A stretch of 64,000 nucleotides of DNA, taken from assembly GCA_028534125.1 (NCBI GenBank), contig CM052816.1, positions 79,052,001 through 79,116,000 on the forward strand. Reading direction: 5' to 3'. The position numbers and the translations under genes were made by a program. How positions within the stretch are numbered: position 1 is the stretch's first letter; each line of letters begins with the position of its first letter. This document shows positions 37,938-51,630 of the stretch, piece by piece. The DNA comes from Lama glama (taxonomy: Eukaryota). The notes beneath the pieces are model-generated. The model was not told the DNA's origin. It saw only the letters and a program-made list of their open reading frames with translations, and did not search any database.

Positions 37938-40618
37938 GTGAGAGACTGCAGCCGCGGGCATCACACCTGGTCGCCCTGCTGCCCGGGAGCTGCTTCCTCC
38001 GGTGGGGAGAGGGAGGCCTTACGACTGGATCTGTGAGTAGGGTCCTTTCCTCATCTATAAAATAGGCACTACGACGACGACACTCATTTCACAGGCTTAG
38101 AGTCGGGGTCAAATCGGAAAACGCGCGTGAAAGCGTTTTGCAAACAAAAGCGCAGTGGCAACCGGAGGCGGTGTTTTAATTTGAGAGGAGCTGGAGACCA
38201 CGGGGGTTCCTGTGTACGATGGAAAAGCTGAGCATCCCCTCGCAGACTTGAAAAGTCTCCTAAATACTAGCCCGAGAGCAAATAAGGCGACTCTGTGTTT
38301 ACGAAGGGCTTTCAATGCAACACTAGGGGCCACCAATAAAGCCATTCGGTTGCTCTCTCTCAACCGGCTGCTTCTGGTAGCCCTGCTTCCTAAAAGTGGG
38401 CTGCCTTTAGCCTGTATCTGCGGAGAACAGTTTGGAGATGGTTACGAGTAGAGAGTGTGCCTGGGTGGGATGATCCTGCGAAATCCATTGTGCCGTCTGT
38501 ACCGTAACTTTGACCCTGGGAAAACAGTGGAAGAGAGAAGGGGAGTAAATTCCCAACTCTGATAAAAATGGAGAGGATTTGTAAAGTTCCGAAGTAAACA
38601 GTCCAGCGTCATCACATAAATATTATAATATTATTTCAGTATGCTGTATGACATATCTTCTTTATTCTTAAAAAAAAAAGAATTCTTTGCAATATATTGG
38701 CCTTAAACCTTCCTTGCTTGGGTATGTGATTGTTTCAGACTTGGTGCTTATCTTGAAAAATAACCACCTCTTGACAGAGGAAGGCATTCATGAACCTTTA
38801 GTCAGTCTGTTCTTGAAAGTAAGTGAAATTGGTGTGAATAAAGGATCTGTTTACATTGATTTTGACTGAAACTAGGTGAAGAATACTAGGCTGAATGTTC
38901 ACAATTCATTAAACTAATGTTACATGGAAAATATTTTTAAATACAATGTTCTGATTTTTTTTAACATAAAATTACTTTTATGTTACTTTGGCTAAGGAGA
39001 AAGCAGTTGCTTTTGCTTGAAACCTACATCCCTTCCCTTAAAATTACAATTCAGAGGAAATATTTTTAATAAAAAAAGTTACAGTCTCCTTTAGGAAAGT
39101 GAACAAGACAAAGGGAGCTTATAAGCTAATGGAGGAGAAAGAATAAACAAGAAAAAAATATTTAAAATGCCATGATGAGAGTAAACAAAGTTTTGAGATA
39201 CAAAGTAATTGGGAGAGGCCACATTAGATATAGATCTTATAGATAGTAAAGGTCTAATAGATGGAATAATTTTAAATTTAAAGTTGAAAAATAGCCTTGT
39301 ACTAGAATTTAGCTATAGTTGCTTAAGAGCCAAGGAACATTTCTAGTTTCAGAATACTTGAAATAATCTGAATTGGTGGACATGAGGTCCTCTATGGGAC
39401 TTTAGAGAAAGCCTGTCAACTTTGAAAATCAGTGTCTTCAAATTGTAGAACAGCTATTTCACTAACAGTTTGCCCTGGCAACAGAAATAATTTAGCTTCT
39501 TAAAATGGGAGTAACTTTTTTGTGCATTCCTTTCAAGCATGGCTGCTCTCTTAAGACAGTAAATAAAAGCCTGACTTGATGCATTGGTATTTTAATATGA
39601 GGAACTGTGCCCACTGAAGACTTGAGTAACTAGCTATGCATTGATTGCTGCTTGGTCTTTTCAAGAACTGCCTTGTGATTGCTACTGATGTGGGTTATTT
39701 TGTTTTACTGATTAATTTTGCTTATTTAATCTACTCACCACACTCCGTGTCCCATTTTAGTGAGAGAGGTATGCCACACTTCTCGAAGTAGAATTACTAG
39801 TTCAGTATCTAGGACGAATCAATTACAATTTTTTTTAAATATCTGCAGATGACAGAGTAATTTCTAGTACTCTTTGGAAGCTTCAGGTACTATTCTAAGT
39901 GATTTTGTTAATTGGGAAAATGTTTATCATACAAGGGGCAAAAGCATAGTTAGTTAACAAGATGATCAGTATTATCAGGGCATAGGACAGGCCAAGAAGG
40001 ACTGGAAATTACATTTGACTATAAGCTCTCTTTGTATATTCAGTAATGTATTACTGTTCTTTTTGAAAATCAAATGTGACAAAAGATATTCTATTTAACT
40101 AGAAGAATGATGTACTTTTTCCTTAGTTCCATCATAGCATGAAGTAAATGTTAAGATTCATCTAGTTTTTTTAAAATGTTATTTAGCTTTGGGGAACAAA
40201 AGACTAAGAACAATTATATAGCAAGAAATTTCTATCAATCAAATTTCAAAAGATTCCTCCTGTACCCTCAATTAATTTTCAAGTAGATTTTTTAATTCTC
40301 TTTAGCTTAATGCTCTCTGTGGGCAGATTGGGGCAAGAACAGAAGGATTGTTTCCTAATTCTCATTTGCTCTATTTTTTTTTAATTTTCCCCATGTAGAT
40401 GAGAGTCATAAGTTATGGCAGTCTTACCTGCAAAGTTAAAAAAGTCTTAGTTAAATTCTATATTAAACATGACTTTATTAGCTGTCTATCTTGATGTGTC
40501 TAAAGGAATAGTTAATAGGAGAATGTTTCTACTTTGTTCATTGAAATGAAGTGAACAAATGAAAACTAAACAAAAGAAATGATTTAAAAAGTCTAAATTG
40601 CATTAAGAAAGTACATCT

Positions 40619-40755
40619 AGGGGGAGGGTATAGCTCAAATGGTAGAGTGCTTGCTTAGCATACACAAAGTCCTGGTTCAATCCCCAGTACCTCCTCTAAA
40701 AATAAATAAATAGGTAAACCTAATTACCTCCTCCCACCGAAAAAAATATATATAT
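40619..40755 (+). mobile_element. tRNA-derived SINE (Vic-1-like, camelid)
   Basis: ggggagggtatagctcaaatggtagagtgcttgcttagc...ggttcaatccccagtacctcc plus (aaat)n; TSD aaagtacatct at 40608-40618 and 40756-40766. Confidence 0.88.
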
Positions 40756-43700
40756 AAAGTACATCTGCACTGGAGTAAAGACTCTGGTATCCTAATTGTT
40801 AGCCAGCTTCTGTAGTCAGGATGCTTTGGTTTGAATCCCAGTTCTTACCTTCTCTGTGCCGTTTTCTCTTGTATTAAACAAGGATACTAAGAGTCTTGCC
40901 TTACTGGATTGTGAAGTCTAAGATAGTATATTAAGTGCTATTGCAATGCTTGGAATCTAGTAAACTCACACTAAATGTTAGCTATTCCTTTTTAAAAATT
41001 ATTTTGTTATTAGGAAGGATTCTGAGGATTATTCTCTAATTAACCAAAGTAAGTCTTTTAATCTCCTTACCTGAAATCTTTTAAGAATCCATTACGATTC
41101 CAGTCGTTTTCTTCTTGCCTACTTACATGGTTGCTACCTCTCTCATGTCTTGCCAAAGGTGGAACGGTTTGTATATGCTTGTCTTTCTTCAAGAGAGCTT
41201 GTTAGACTTTGAAATTCAGTTCACTTGGTTGGTTTGCAACTCAGCTCAGTTTTGAAGATGGCTTCAAAAAATATGCCATTTTTGCATTTTTAGAGTGAGA
41301 GTTACATTTTTCTGGTGATATTTTATCTGTATCATAAGCTGAATTCTCCCTATACCTGAAATTGTTAAACATGGGATGATTGTCTGTAGAAGATTTAAAT
41401 TTTGATTGATGGTAAAGAATTGTTGATTTTCATTACTCACATCTAGTTATGATTCCTTTGGTTTTTCATTATTTGGATCTTGACTTGATTTCTAGTTTTT
41501 ATTCACCTATTTGAGTAAGGATACATATTTAAATTAACACAGTCTGTCTGATGAATCATTAGGTTCTAGTTGGAAACTTTTTCCTTTAGTTTCAGAATCT
41601 TAGATTTTGACAAAATTTTTGTCAGTGTTCTCTTGTTCAGTTGCTACTAACCCTTCCTTCCTGTCTTTTTCTTTTTTCTTTTTTTTGAAAATATTTGGCA
41701 TGTTTTAGGTTCCAAAATTATCTTAACCTTTGAATTTTCCATTTAAAGCGTGTTTAGCCTGAAAAACCTTTATCAACCATAAAGTATTCAGGAAACAGTC
41801 CTCCATGTTGGTAACGTTAACAAACAAATTAAGGCATTTGAAAGTAGTATTGTATAATATCATGATGATTGGTAAAACACTGAATTGGATTTTAAATGTT
41901 TGACTTTCAAAACTGACATTTTGGAAGGTGAACTGTGCCTGTATATTAGGTGCTAAAATTTGATCGAATGAATGAATTAATATTTTGATTTTGAGTAAAA
42001 TCAACTTTGCTCCTGTGGTGTTAATGTTCACCTATGATAGCCTTATGTCTCTTTTTCATTTCTAATCACATGGAATTAAATTTTGATTTGCCTTCAGATT
42101 TTAACATTTGTTAAAATTTTTGTCATTTAGCCTAAACACATTACTTTAATACTTGAAGAATATTATTAGAAGGACTGTTACTGTGGTCAAAGGAATATTT
42201 ATTTGCCCTTTTGCCCCAAGTGTATTTTTGCATAGCTGCACATCATTACAATTCAACAGATGATCCATTTTGATTCACCCCCATTTTGATCATGTGCCTA
42301 GAAGAATAATGTTGTCTTTTCTACATGACGTTGGTGTGTCAAGTGCACCTTCTTGACATGGCTCTAAGATATGTTCTGTCTCTTCACAATGGACGAAACA
42401 CAAAGGACAGATGAAGGTGTGTTTGGGATATCTTGCAGACCTAGGAAGGTAATCCCACTTGTCAAGAGAGACAAGGGGAGCAATTCTGTGAGATTTTTTG
42501 TTTTATAGGAATGAGTGAGGGCCCAGGCTGTGGTAACCACAGAGGATGAGAAGCAAAAAGCATTTGGTATCCATTCACAGTTTGTTTTTTAGGGGGAAAA
42601 GGCCATTTTGGGTAAAGCTATGCTTTCAGACCATCGAGGGAACTAATTATCTTTTCAAAGCAGATGGTATGGAGGAGGCAGAGATAAGCAACTAGCATTT
42701 ATTGAAGACCCATTCTAGAACTCTTACTTGGTGTTTTACTTTTGTAACTCATTTGATCTTCATAGCAACCTGTATGAGGTGATCATTTATCCTCATTTAA
42801 TAGCTTAAATTGCATAAAGTTACACAATTATTAATTAGAGATGGGATTTGGAACCCAGATTTACCATGATTTAATAAAACATTTGTGTTTTACAACAGTT
42901 GTAATTCTAGGCACTTAACACCACAGCAGTTTTTTTCATTGTCTAGTGTTTTACTTTCATATAACTGCACTGATTTTTAAATAATATTAAAATTATAAAA
43001 TAATACATGTTTATTACTTAGAGTTAAGCACATACAAAGAAAGCACAAAGAAGAAAGTCACCTCTTTACTACTTTGTGACAACCACTGTTAGCATTTTGA
43101 TATATTTTTGTCCATGGATATATGTGTGTTTCTTATAAATACTCCCTCAGATCCCACCTGTACCCTCATTTGACATCTCTAAAGTGTCCCCCTCTGGATC
43201 TTACCTTCCTTGTAGGCTGGAGGAATCTGGCTGGCTCCTTTAATCATTGTACTGGAGTCTTTCTTCTAGGTAGTGATCCCTGCTTCTGTGGGTCGTGGCC
43301 AGGTTAGTAGAATTAGTGATTTATGAAACCCTTGGCTGCTTTTCTCAAAAAGGCAATGGACCACAGTGAGACTAGTGGACATTTTAAAGACTTTTTGAAC
43401 TATTTCGTAGAAAAATTTAAGTTGTTTCAGTGTTATATTTAAATACTGCTCTTATGAAAAATAATATTGTAGATAAATCTTTGTTCCTAATTATGTTTTT
43501 CTCTAAGTTATTTGAAGAAGAGTTGCTAGGACAAAGAGTATGTACCTTTTTTAAGGTCTTTGATACATATTGCCAAATTGCTGTTCTCTTTGACAGTTAT
43601 TTTAATATGCCAAACTTGAGTTATCCAATTTTTGCTTATTTTTAATTGATAATTATTTTATGAATTTAATATACAAATAACTAAATCAGATGGAGAATAA

Positions 43701-43980
43701 GGCACCCCTAGCTTTGAACAGAAAATTATTTGGTTGAAATAATCAAAACAGGCTATAGGAATTCATAAGGAACCTTGAAAAGTACTATCATTCTGGAGTG
43801 TGAAAAAATCATTCCTCACTTGAATTTACATACAAGATCAAACATATGGACTTTAAAACTATTATTTTCTTATCTCATGTTAGCAAAACCCCAAGTTTTA
43901 ACTCTAGTTTCATGGGACACCCCTAGGCATAACCTGGTGGCATAATAAAACAAGAGTTCAGTTTGAATAAAAATAGATGA

Positions 43981-44501
43981 TGTGGTAAACAGAATAATAG
44001 ACACCCCCCCCCAAGAATATCTATGCCTTCATCCCAGGAACCAGTAAATATGACTGGATTATCCACGTGGGCCCAGTGAGATCAGATGAGCCCTTAAAAG
44101 CAGTGCTTCCTCCCAACTAAGTCAGTGATTTCAAGCATGAGAAGGATTTGACAAGCCATTGCTGGCTTAGAGGGATGCAGGGCCCCATGCAAAGACTGGA
44201 AAGAAGCCTCTAGAGCTAAGGGTAAATGCCAGCTGACAGCCAGCAGGGAAACGGGGATCTCAGTCCTACAACCGTAATAAACTGAATTTTACTAACAGCC
44301 TGAATGAACTTAGAAAGAGATTCTTCCCCAGAGTCTCCAGAAAGGGACACAAACCTGCTGACACCTTGATTTCGATCTTGAGAACTCAGTTGAGCTATAC
44401 TGTGCCTGGACATCTGACCCACAGAAACTGTGACATATGGGTGTTGTTTTAAGCCACTAAGTTTACAGTAATTCTTCACAGTAGCAATAGGAGACTCAGA
44501 C
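43981..44501 (+). mobile_element. MLT1 (MaLR, MLT1D-like) solo LTR
   Basis: tgtggtaaacagaataat...gattcttccccagagtctccagaa...gttttaagccactaagttt...agcaatagga..ctcagaca, with TG..CA ends. Confidence 0.82.
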
Positions 44502-46759
44502 AGTGAGTATAGGAAGAGATGTAACCAAATCATTTCTTTATTACTAGAATAAAAGATCCATAATTCTGTTTATTCATCTATAACATTTAGAAGTACTGAC
44601 CATGAATCAGACTGAAAAATTGATAGCCATCATAAAATTATTAGTAACTAGTGGCAAGTTTATAGCTGATGTTGTTGTTTGCTTTTGCCCATAATCTTAA
44701 CTATTATTGATGTCTCCATACATTTCATTGTTCATTCATTCTTAGTTTTATGCACATTATGTAAAAATATGTGAATATAATTTCCCAGTTAACGTTCCAG
44801 TAGTTTTCTAATGTTATTAAATAATCTTAACAAACATCATGTCTTCAATAATATTCCATCCTTTGGTTCTGCAGTGTTTTAGCATTTCCTTGCTAATCTC
44901 TGATATTTTTCTGTGATTGTCATATTCCTTACACTGGACAGCTTCAGGCAAAATAAATATCCATGTCAAACCGTAAAGGATTTTTCATATAATAATTATA
45001 TTCACATTGAATGATTTTTTTTAAAGCTGTATCCTGAAAATGGTAATAGTTTTCATCAGCACATTCTTTATTGAGCTTTCATCTAACCACTTAATCTATT
45101 CTTGGCTTAAAAATAGGATTTGACTTACTGATCCTGTGGTGATACAAGTTTCTTTTCTTTGAAAATGAAATTTGAAAATTTGGGTAGTAGTTAGTAATGA
45201 GCAGAGTTTGAAGCCTTTTGAGATGTAATAAGTATTTGTAAAGTCAATTTTGGAGACTATAACAAGAGTTTTACATTGCCTTTGAAGTCAGCAGTAATAA
45301 AAAATAGTGTATATACTAGAGTATACAGTAATGTTTTCTATTTATTCATTTTCATTCAACAAATAATTTTTGAGTATCCACTTTATGCCAGACACTGTAT
45401 TAGAGACATGGGATATAGGACTAAATAAAATAGTCAGATCTGCTCTCCTGGAGTCTGTATGTGTGTATATGGTGGTGGGTGTTTACAATAAAGATAATAA
45501 AGACTATACATTGTATCAGGTAGATAAGTTCTTTGAAGAAAAATAGCAGGATATGACAATAGAGAGTGACAAACGGGGTTCATTTTTAGACATTTAAGGA
45601 AAATGAAGATATTGGTTGAAATCTACAGAGGAATGGAAAGAAACTACCTCAACAATATAAAGAAATAGTGAAGAAAATACTTTATTAAATGTGATTTTCC
45701 TTTGTGATATTCCATGTAGGGATATTTCTTATATAAATTTAAATTTAGCCTGTTAAAGGACCCAAACTTCCTTTATTTTAATAACTAGTTTTGGTTACAG
45801 GTGTTTGCTGACTTGAAGTACTTTATTGATTCTGCCTTGTTTTATTTTGGTGGGTTACATCATACTCTTGATTCTCTATATTAAGATATTAATTCATTCC
45901 TTGGAATATTGTAATTAGTTCATAACAAACAAAAATGCCTGATATTGATTTTACAGAGGTGAAATTGCCTTCAGTTAGTAAAGGTAAATTATTTTATCAG
46001 AGTAGAGAGATAATCACATAAACCATTTTCTGATGTCTGTATCATCAGTGTTTATAATTAAAAATATTTTCAAATGTATGACTATTCAGTAATCATTGAT
46101 AAATTTTCCTTTATTTAAATATGATTTATATAGATAGATGAAAAGTAATAAGTATATTTTATAAACAGCAAATGAATAAGAATTTCAAGTCGTGAAAGCT
46201 AGATAGGTAGCAAAAAAGAAAGAAAAATACTGCATCAAACAATGGTCTCTCTTTCTTTCTTTCCCTCCTTTTCTGATAGAAAGTCTTGATTAATGACTGT
46301 GGGTGACTTGAAAACTTCTGCAAAATATTTAATTTCCTAGAATCCAGTCAATAGTATATTAATATAAAACATTCAGTTAGGATTTATAATATTAAGGAAC
46401 AAACTCCACGTGATACTATATTGAAACTATTCACATCTAATATTCTTACTGATTAATATTTTTAGAGCTAGTATAAATTTTGCTAAAATAGCTTTTTTCT
46501 GAAGACATAATTTATATGAAATTTTCAACAAATGCTTTAAAAAATAAGACATAAGTGCTTGAAAATAGGAATTATCCTTTTCATCTTACTTTTGGTCCAA
46601 TATAAAGCCTGACATTTTCTAAAGAAGTTTATGAATACATTAATAAATTTCCGATTGGCCATTTCCTATGTTAACACTGCTTTTTTTCCCCCCAGTTTAC
46701 AGATATGATCGAGATCTGTATATGAATTACTTTGGTTGTTCACGGTGAACATTTGAATA

Positions 46760-46933
46760 ATGAGTGGTGCAGCTTTGGGACTCGAGATTGTTTTTGTCTT
46801 TTTTCTGGCATTATTCCTACTTCATCGATATGGAGACTTTAAGAAACAGCATAGACTTGTAATTGTTGGAACACTGCTAGCTTGGTATCTCTGCTTTCTT
46901 ATTGTCTTCATACTGCCTCTGGATGTTAGTACG
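46760..46933 (+). CDS. LMBRD2: LMBR1 domain-containing 2, exon 2 (start codon; exon begins at 46696 or 46703)
   Basis: [58 protein letters not shown]|gtaaga. Confidence 0.96.
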
Positions 46934-47188
46934 GTAAGAGGTGAAACTGATTTTCACTATTTAAAAGACAGTTGTAATCATACAGCATGTTTGAGATATG
47001 TTTTTAAGACAGCTAAAGTATGTAAAGTTTAACATATTTTGAAGTTATACATTATTATATGAATTTGATCATTAAAAAGTGTAGCCAGGAAGATAATTTT
47101 GGGTAGATAGGTTGACACACTCTAGTATCCCTTAAGTATTTGGTAACCTTTTGATGTTCATTTTTAAACCGTCCATTCATTGCTTTAG

Positions 47189-47287
<99 letters not shown>

Positions 47288-47344
47288 TAATTTCTTCCTT
47301 TTTAAAAAAGTATTGTAGGGAGGAGTTTGTTTTAAAAGTGTCTG

Positions 47345-48730
47345 TTTTTATTAACGTATAGTTGATTTACAATGTTGTGTTAGTTTCAGGGGTACAGCAA
47401 AGTGATTCTGTTATACCCATAATATATATATATATTATATTCTTATACATATACATATATATTCTTTTTAAAATCCTTGTCCATTATAGGTTATTACAAG
47501 ATATTGAGTATAGTTCCCTGTGCTATACAGTAAATCCTTGTTGTTTATCTATTTTATATATAGTAGTGTGTATCTGTTAATCCCAAACTCCTAATATATT
47601 CCCCTCTCCTTTCCCCTTTGGTGACCATAGTTTGTTTTCTATTCTGTGAGTCTGTTTTTAGTTTGTAAATAAGTTCATTTGTATCTTTTTTAATTTTTTT
47701 AGATTCCACGTGTAAGTGATGTCATATAGTATTTGTGTTTCTCTGACTTACTTCACTTAATATGGTAATCTCTGGGTCTATCCATGTTGCTGCAAATGGC
47801 ATTATTTCGTTCTTTTTTATGGCCAAGTAATATTCCATTGTGTATATATACCACATCTTTATCCATTCATTGTTGATGGACATTTAGGTTGCTTCCATGT
47901 CTTAGTTATTGTAAATAGTGCTGCTGTGAACATTGGAGTGAATGTATCTTTTTAAGATAGAGTTTTCTTTGGATATGTGCCCAGGAGTGGGATTGCTAGA
48001 TCATATGATAACTCTATTTTTAATTTATTAAGGAACCTCCGTACTGTTCTCCATAGTGACTGCACCAGTTTACATTCCCACCAACAGTGTAGGAGAGTTC
48101 CTTTTTCTCCACACCCTCTCCAGCATTTGTTATTTGTAGACTTTTTGATGATGGCCATTCTGAGTGATGTGAGGTGATACCTCATTGTAGTTTTGATTTG
48201 CATTTCTCTAATAATTAATGATATTGAGCATCTTTTCATGGGCCTGTTGGCCATCTGTACCTCTTCTTTTGAGAAATGTCTATTAAGGTCTTCTGCCCAT
48301 TTTTTGGCTGGGTTTTTTTTTTGATACTAAGCTATATTGTATATTTTGGAAATTAATCCCTTGCTGATCTCATCATTTGCAAATATTTTCTCCCATTTTA
48401 TGGGTTGTCTTTTTGTTTTGTTTGTGGTTTGCTTTGCTGAGCAAAAGCTTTTAAGTTTAATTAGGTCCCATTTGCTTATTTTTGCTTTTATTTCCGTTAC
48501 TCTAGGAGATGGATCGAAAAAAAATATTACTGTGATTTATGTCAGAGAGTTCTGCCTGTGTTTTCCTCTAGGAGTTTTATAATATCCAGTCTTACATCTA
48601 GGTCTTTAGTCCATTTTGAGTTTATTTTTGTATATGGTGTTAGAGAATGAATCTAATTTCATTCTTTTGCATGCAGCTGTCCAGTTTTCCCAGCACCACT
48701 TATTGAAGACTGCTTTTTCTCCACTGTATA
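47345..48730 (-). mobile_element. L1 (ORF2 C-terminus plus 3'UTR), antisense to LMBRD2
   Basis: ORF 47952-48254 reads [23 protein letters not shown]...[22 protein letters not shown], the L1 ORF2 C-terminus. Confidence 0.93.
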
Positions 48731-49972
48731 TTCACTGTAATTTTATTGTATATTCAAATTCAATTTGATTTGTTTAAAAAGTCAGTTTTTTACCATCTGG
48801 ATTTTATATTTATTAAAGATTATCTTCATTCTTTACTCACCTCCTCCCCTTCATCCTTTGCTAGTAGACTTTTAATTACCTTGTATTCTATTTAAATTTA
48901 AATCTTAAATAAACTTTTAATATTTATTGGTACACAAGGCCTTTCAGTAGGGGCTAATGAGAAACTTGAAGATGACCTGATTTTTCAGTCCCTTACTAAG
49001 AATGTGACTTCAAAAGCTATTTGTCCTCTCAGCCTCTCTTTGTTCAAAAAAAATGGGGACGTGCATTTTCTCATTTACGAGGTTGTGATAAAGGACAAAG
49101 AGGTTATTCTGTATGTAGGATATTCCTTTCATATTGCACATCCTTTGAAATCATTATAGTTTTAGACTGAGAATAAAGTTCAAATTATCAAAAGGTTATG
49201 TTGAATTCATATCAAACTTTCAAGTAAAAAATTAAGAAATACGAAGTATAGCTTTTACCAGTGCTTTAAGTAATATTTCCATGCTTCTTTATATAGCTTT
49301 TACTTATTTATTTTTAGATCTAAGCTGGATATGGGTGACTTTAAAATGTAGATGTTACTCCCTCTTGAAGCACCATTGTGAATTTTTTGGTGAAAGCCCT
49401 TGGACTAAAGAATAGCCTTACAGTCTAGGAAAGCTGAGTGTTACTGGGAGAATCTATGGTCAGATACACATATCTTCAGAAAATTCCAGCAGAATTATTT
49501 ATATATGCTGACATCTATCTCCATGGGAGATGTGGTACACTCACTGATTAGTTAGGGTTCCAGTTTCTTTAGGGTACCTAATGTCATTCTCCTCCCCCAC
49601 CATAACCAACCCCACAAATAGGGTGAGTATTTTAAAAGTAATCATCAACCTTAAAGGTAATCAAATTAGAGGTTTGATTTCATGATGTATTTCCTTTTAA
49701 AAAACTGTCACATTACTAGACTACTAGAACATTATGTCCTCTTTTCTACTCAGTGACTAAAAACACTGAAAGTTGAAAATTTAAATGCATTCCTCTTTAG
49801 AACAAACTGTTTTGTTCCCTTTGTGTGTCTTATTTTAGTTTGACAATCAGCTTTGAGTTTTAAGTTTTCTATGAAATTGTACAAGTTAGAGTCAGTAATT
49901 TGAAAGCTGAATGTAAGTGAACTTTGCCACAGACAAATTAGTTATATAGTTCCTTTAAATAATCATTTATGA

Positions 49973-50098
<126 letters not shown>

Positions 50099-51259
50099 TA
50101 AGTTGTAGTGAAGGATAAAATTTTTGAAATTTTAGCTAAATTTTAAAAGGTGGTTATTTTTTCAGTGAACTTTCATATTTTAGAATTTATTCCTGTCACT
50201 TATTTTTTTCCTTAAATCTGTATCCTCTCGCTTTCTGCTCGTTCAAATCTCATATCTTAAAAGAAATGAAAGGAAAAAACAAAACAAGAAATAAAAAACA
50301 GGAAGAAGAAATTCTCCTTATTACCATTCCCTTCCAGTTTTTGCCTTCCCTCTTTACCTTCTTCAAGCCCCATTATTATGTGAAACTGCTCACGCTAAGG
50401 TTATCGTTATCCCCTGGTTTTCTTTCTATGTCCTTAACCCAACATTCTGAATTTCCTTTGTGGATTCCATTTCTGTGGCCCGTTTCCTGAAAGTTGGTGT
50501 TCCCTAGAGTCTCATCTTTGGTCATCTTGTTATCTGACTCTCTCAATAACTTTAATCAAAGCCATGGTTTCACTGACCCGTGTTGCATTCCACATTTTTC
50601 TTTCTACTTGCTATAGCGTTGTCATTCTGCTGTGCTCTAGACTCATACTTTATCCACTGCCTACTGAGCATTTTATATATTATGCAAGTAACAAAGCTCT
50701 AAAACTAAAGGTAGTGAACATTGCAAGAGAAAAATCACACAGCATAGCATAGTGCCCCTTTAGTATGTTCATGGAACTCAACTGGGCCCTCAACAGTGCC
50801 AGACTTTCATCCTTTTTTCTTCTGGTCTGCTTGTTCTTCATTCTCCACAACAGATCTTTCCAATCACTGCAAACTTCGGCTGTTCCCTACATCCTAGAGA
50901 CAGTCACCTTCTCTCCTGCTTCCCTTACTGCCTCCCAATGAGAAAAGAAGTCATCAGGTGGCAGGTCTTTTCAGCTTCTCACCAAGAAACCTACCTACTA
51001 CCCACTTTCTTTCTGCCGCCCCAGGAATGAAAGAGTCACTCTTAAAATTAATCTCTCTTCCTGAAATATGGACCCATCTCCTTTAGCTCTTGTTACCTAT
51101 ACTTACAGCCTCCAATTTCAACCAAGCAAGCACAATTCTCTCATCCTTAAAAAAAAAATACTGAAAGTCTCTCAGATGACAACCCTTTCCAGCTTTCTGT
51201 CTTCCTCCTCAATGATTTACTTTTATCACAGCTAAAAATTTTTAGAGACTTTTTTTAAG

Positions 51260-51630
51260 TGTAAATTAGTACAGACAAGTTTACAGGTTGTAGTTTGACT
51301 TTCTTCCAACTGAATACACCCATATAATCAGCACTCAGATCATGATACAGAACACTAACAATCTCCTCAGAAGCTTCCCTCATACCCCTCTCCTGGTCAT
51401 TACACTCCACAAGGTAAACATGATTCTGATTTCCATCAACATTGATTAGTTTTGCCTGCTTTTGAACTTTATAAATATGGAGTTACATAGTAAGTACTTT
51501 TTTTGCCTCTCTCTCTTTTTTTTTTGCTCACATATTTGGAAGATTCTTCTATGTTGTATTGTATGTCTCAGTATTCTTTTCTTTTTCACTTCTGTAAAAT
51601 ACTCCATTTTATGAATATACCGTAGTTTCT
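51260..51630 (-). mobile_element. Ancient L1 3'UTR fragment
   Basis: acacccatataatcagcactcagatc...gattagttttgcctgcttttgaactttata..tggagttacatagta. Confidence 0.65.

Larger units (their letters stand above)
37200..38250. promoter_or_regulatory. CpG island; bidirectional SKP2/LMBRD2 promoter
   Basis: High GC and CpG density between the divergent first exons; contains ZNF143, ETS/GABP and E2F-like motifs. Confidence 0.9.

Noticed and set aside
37268..38451. Many overlapping 65-154 aa ORFs on both strands
   Set aside because: CpG-island artefacts (stop-poor; Arg/Pro/Ala-rich). Only the short SKP2 exon 1 is supported as coding.
40619..40695. tRNA-like sequence with A and B boxes (also 11800-11875)
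   Set aside because: It has an AT-rich tail and target-site duplications, so it is a SINE rather than a tRNA gene.
41525..41581. Calling a functional miR-580 gene
   Set aside because: Only one arm is present, no hairpin can form, and the seed-equivalent bases differ from the recalled human mature sequence.
47952..48582. ORFs within the L1 in LMBRD2 intron 3 (also 20660-21149 and 60410-61338)
   Set aside because: Fragments of L1 ORF2 or its antisense strand in truncated, frameshifted elements; not host genes.
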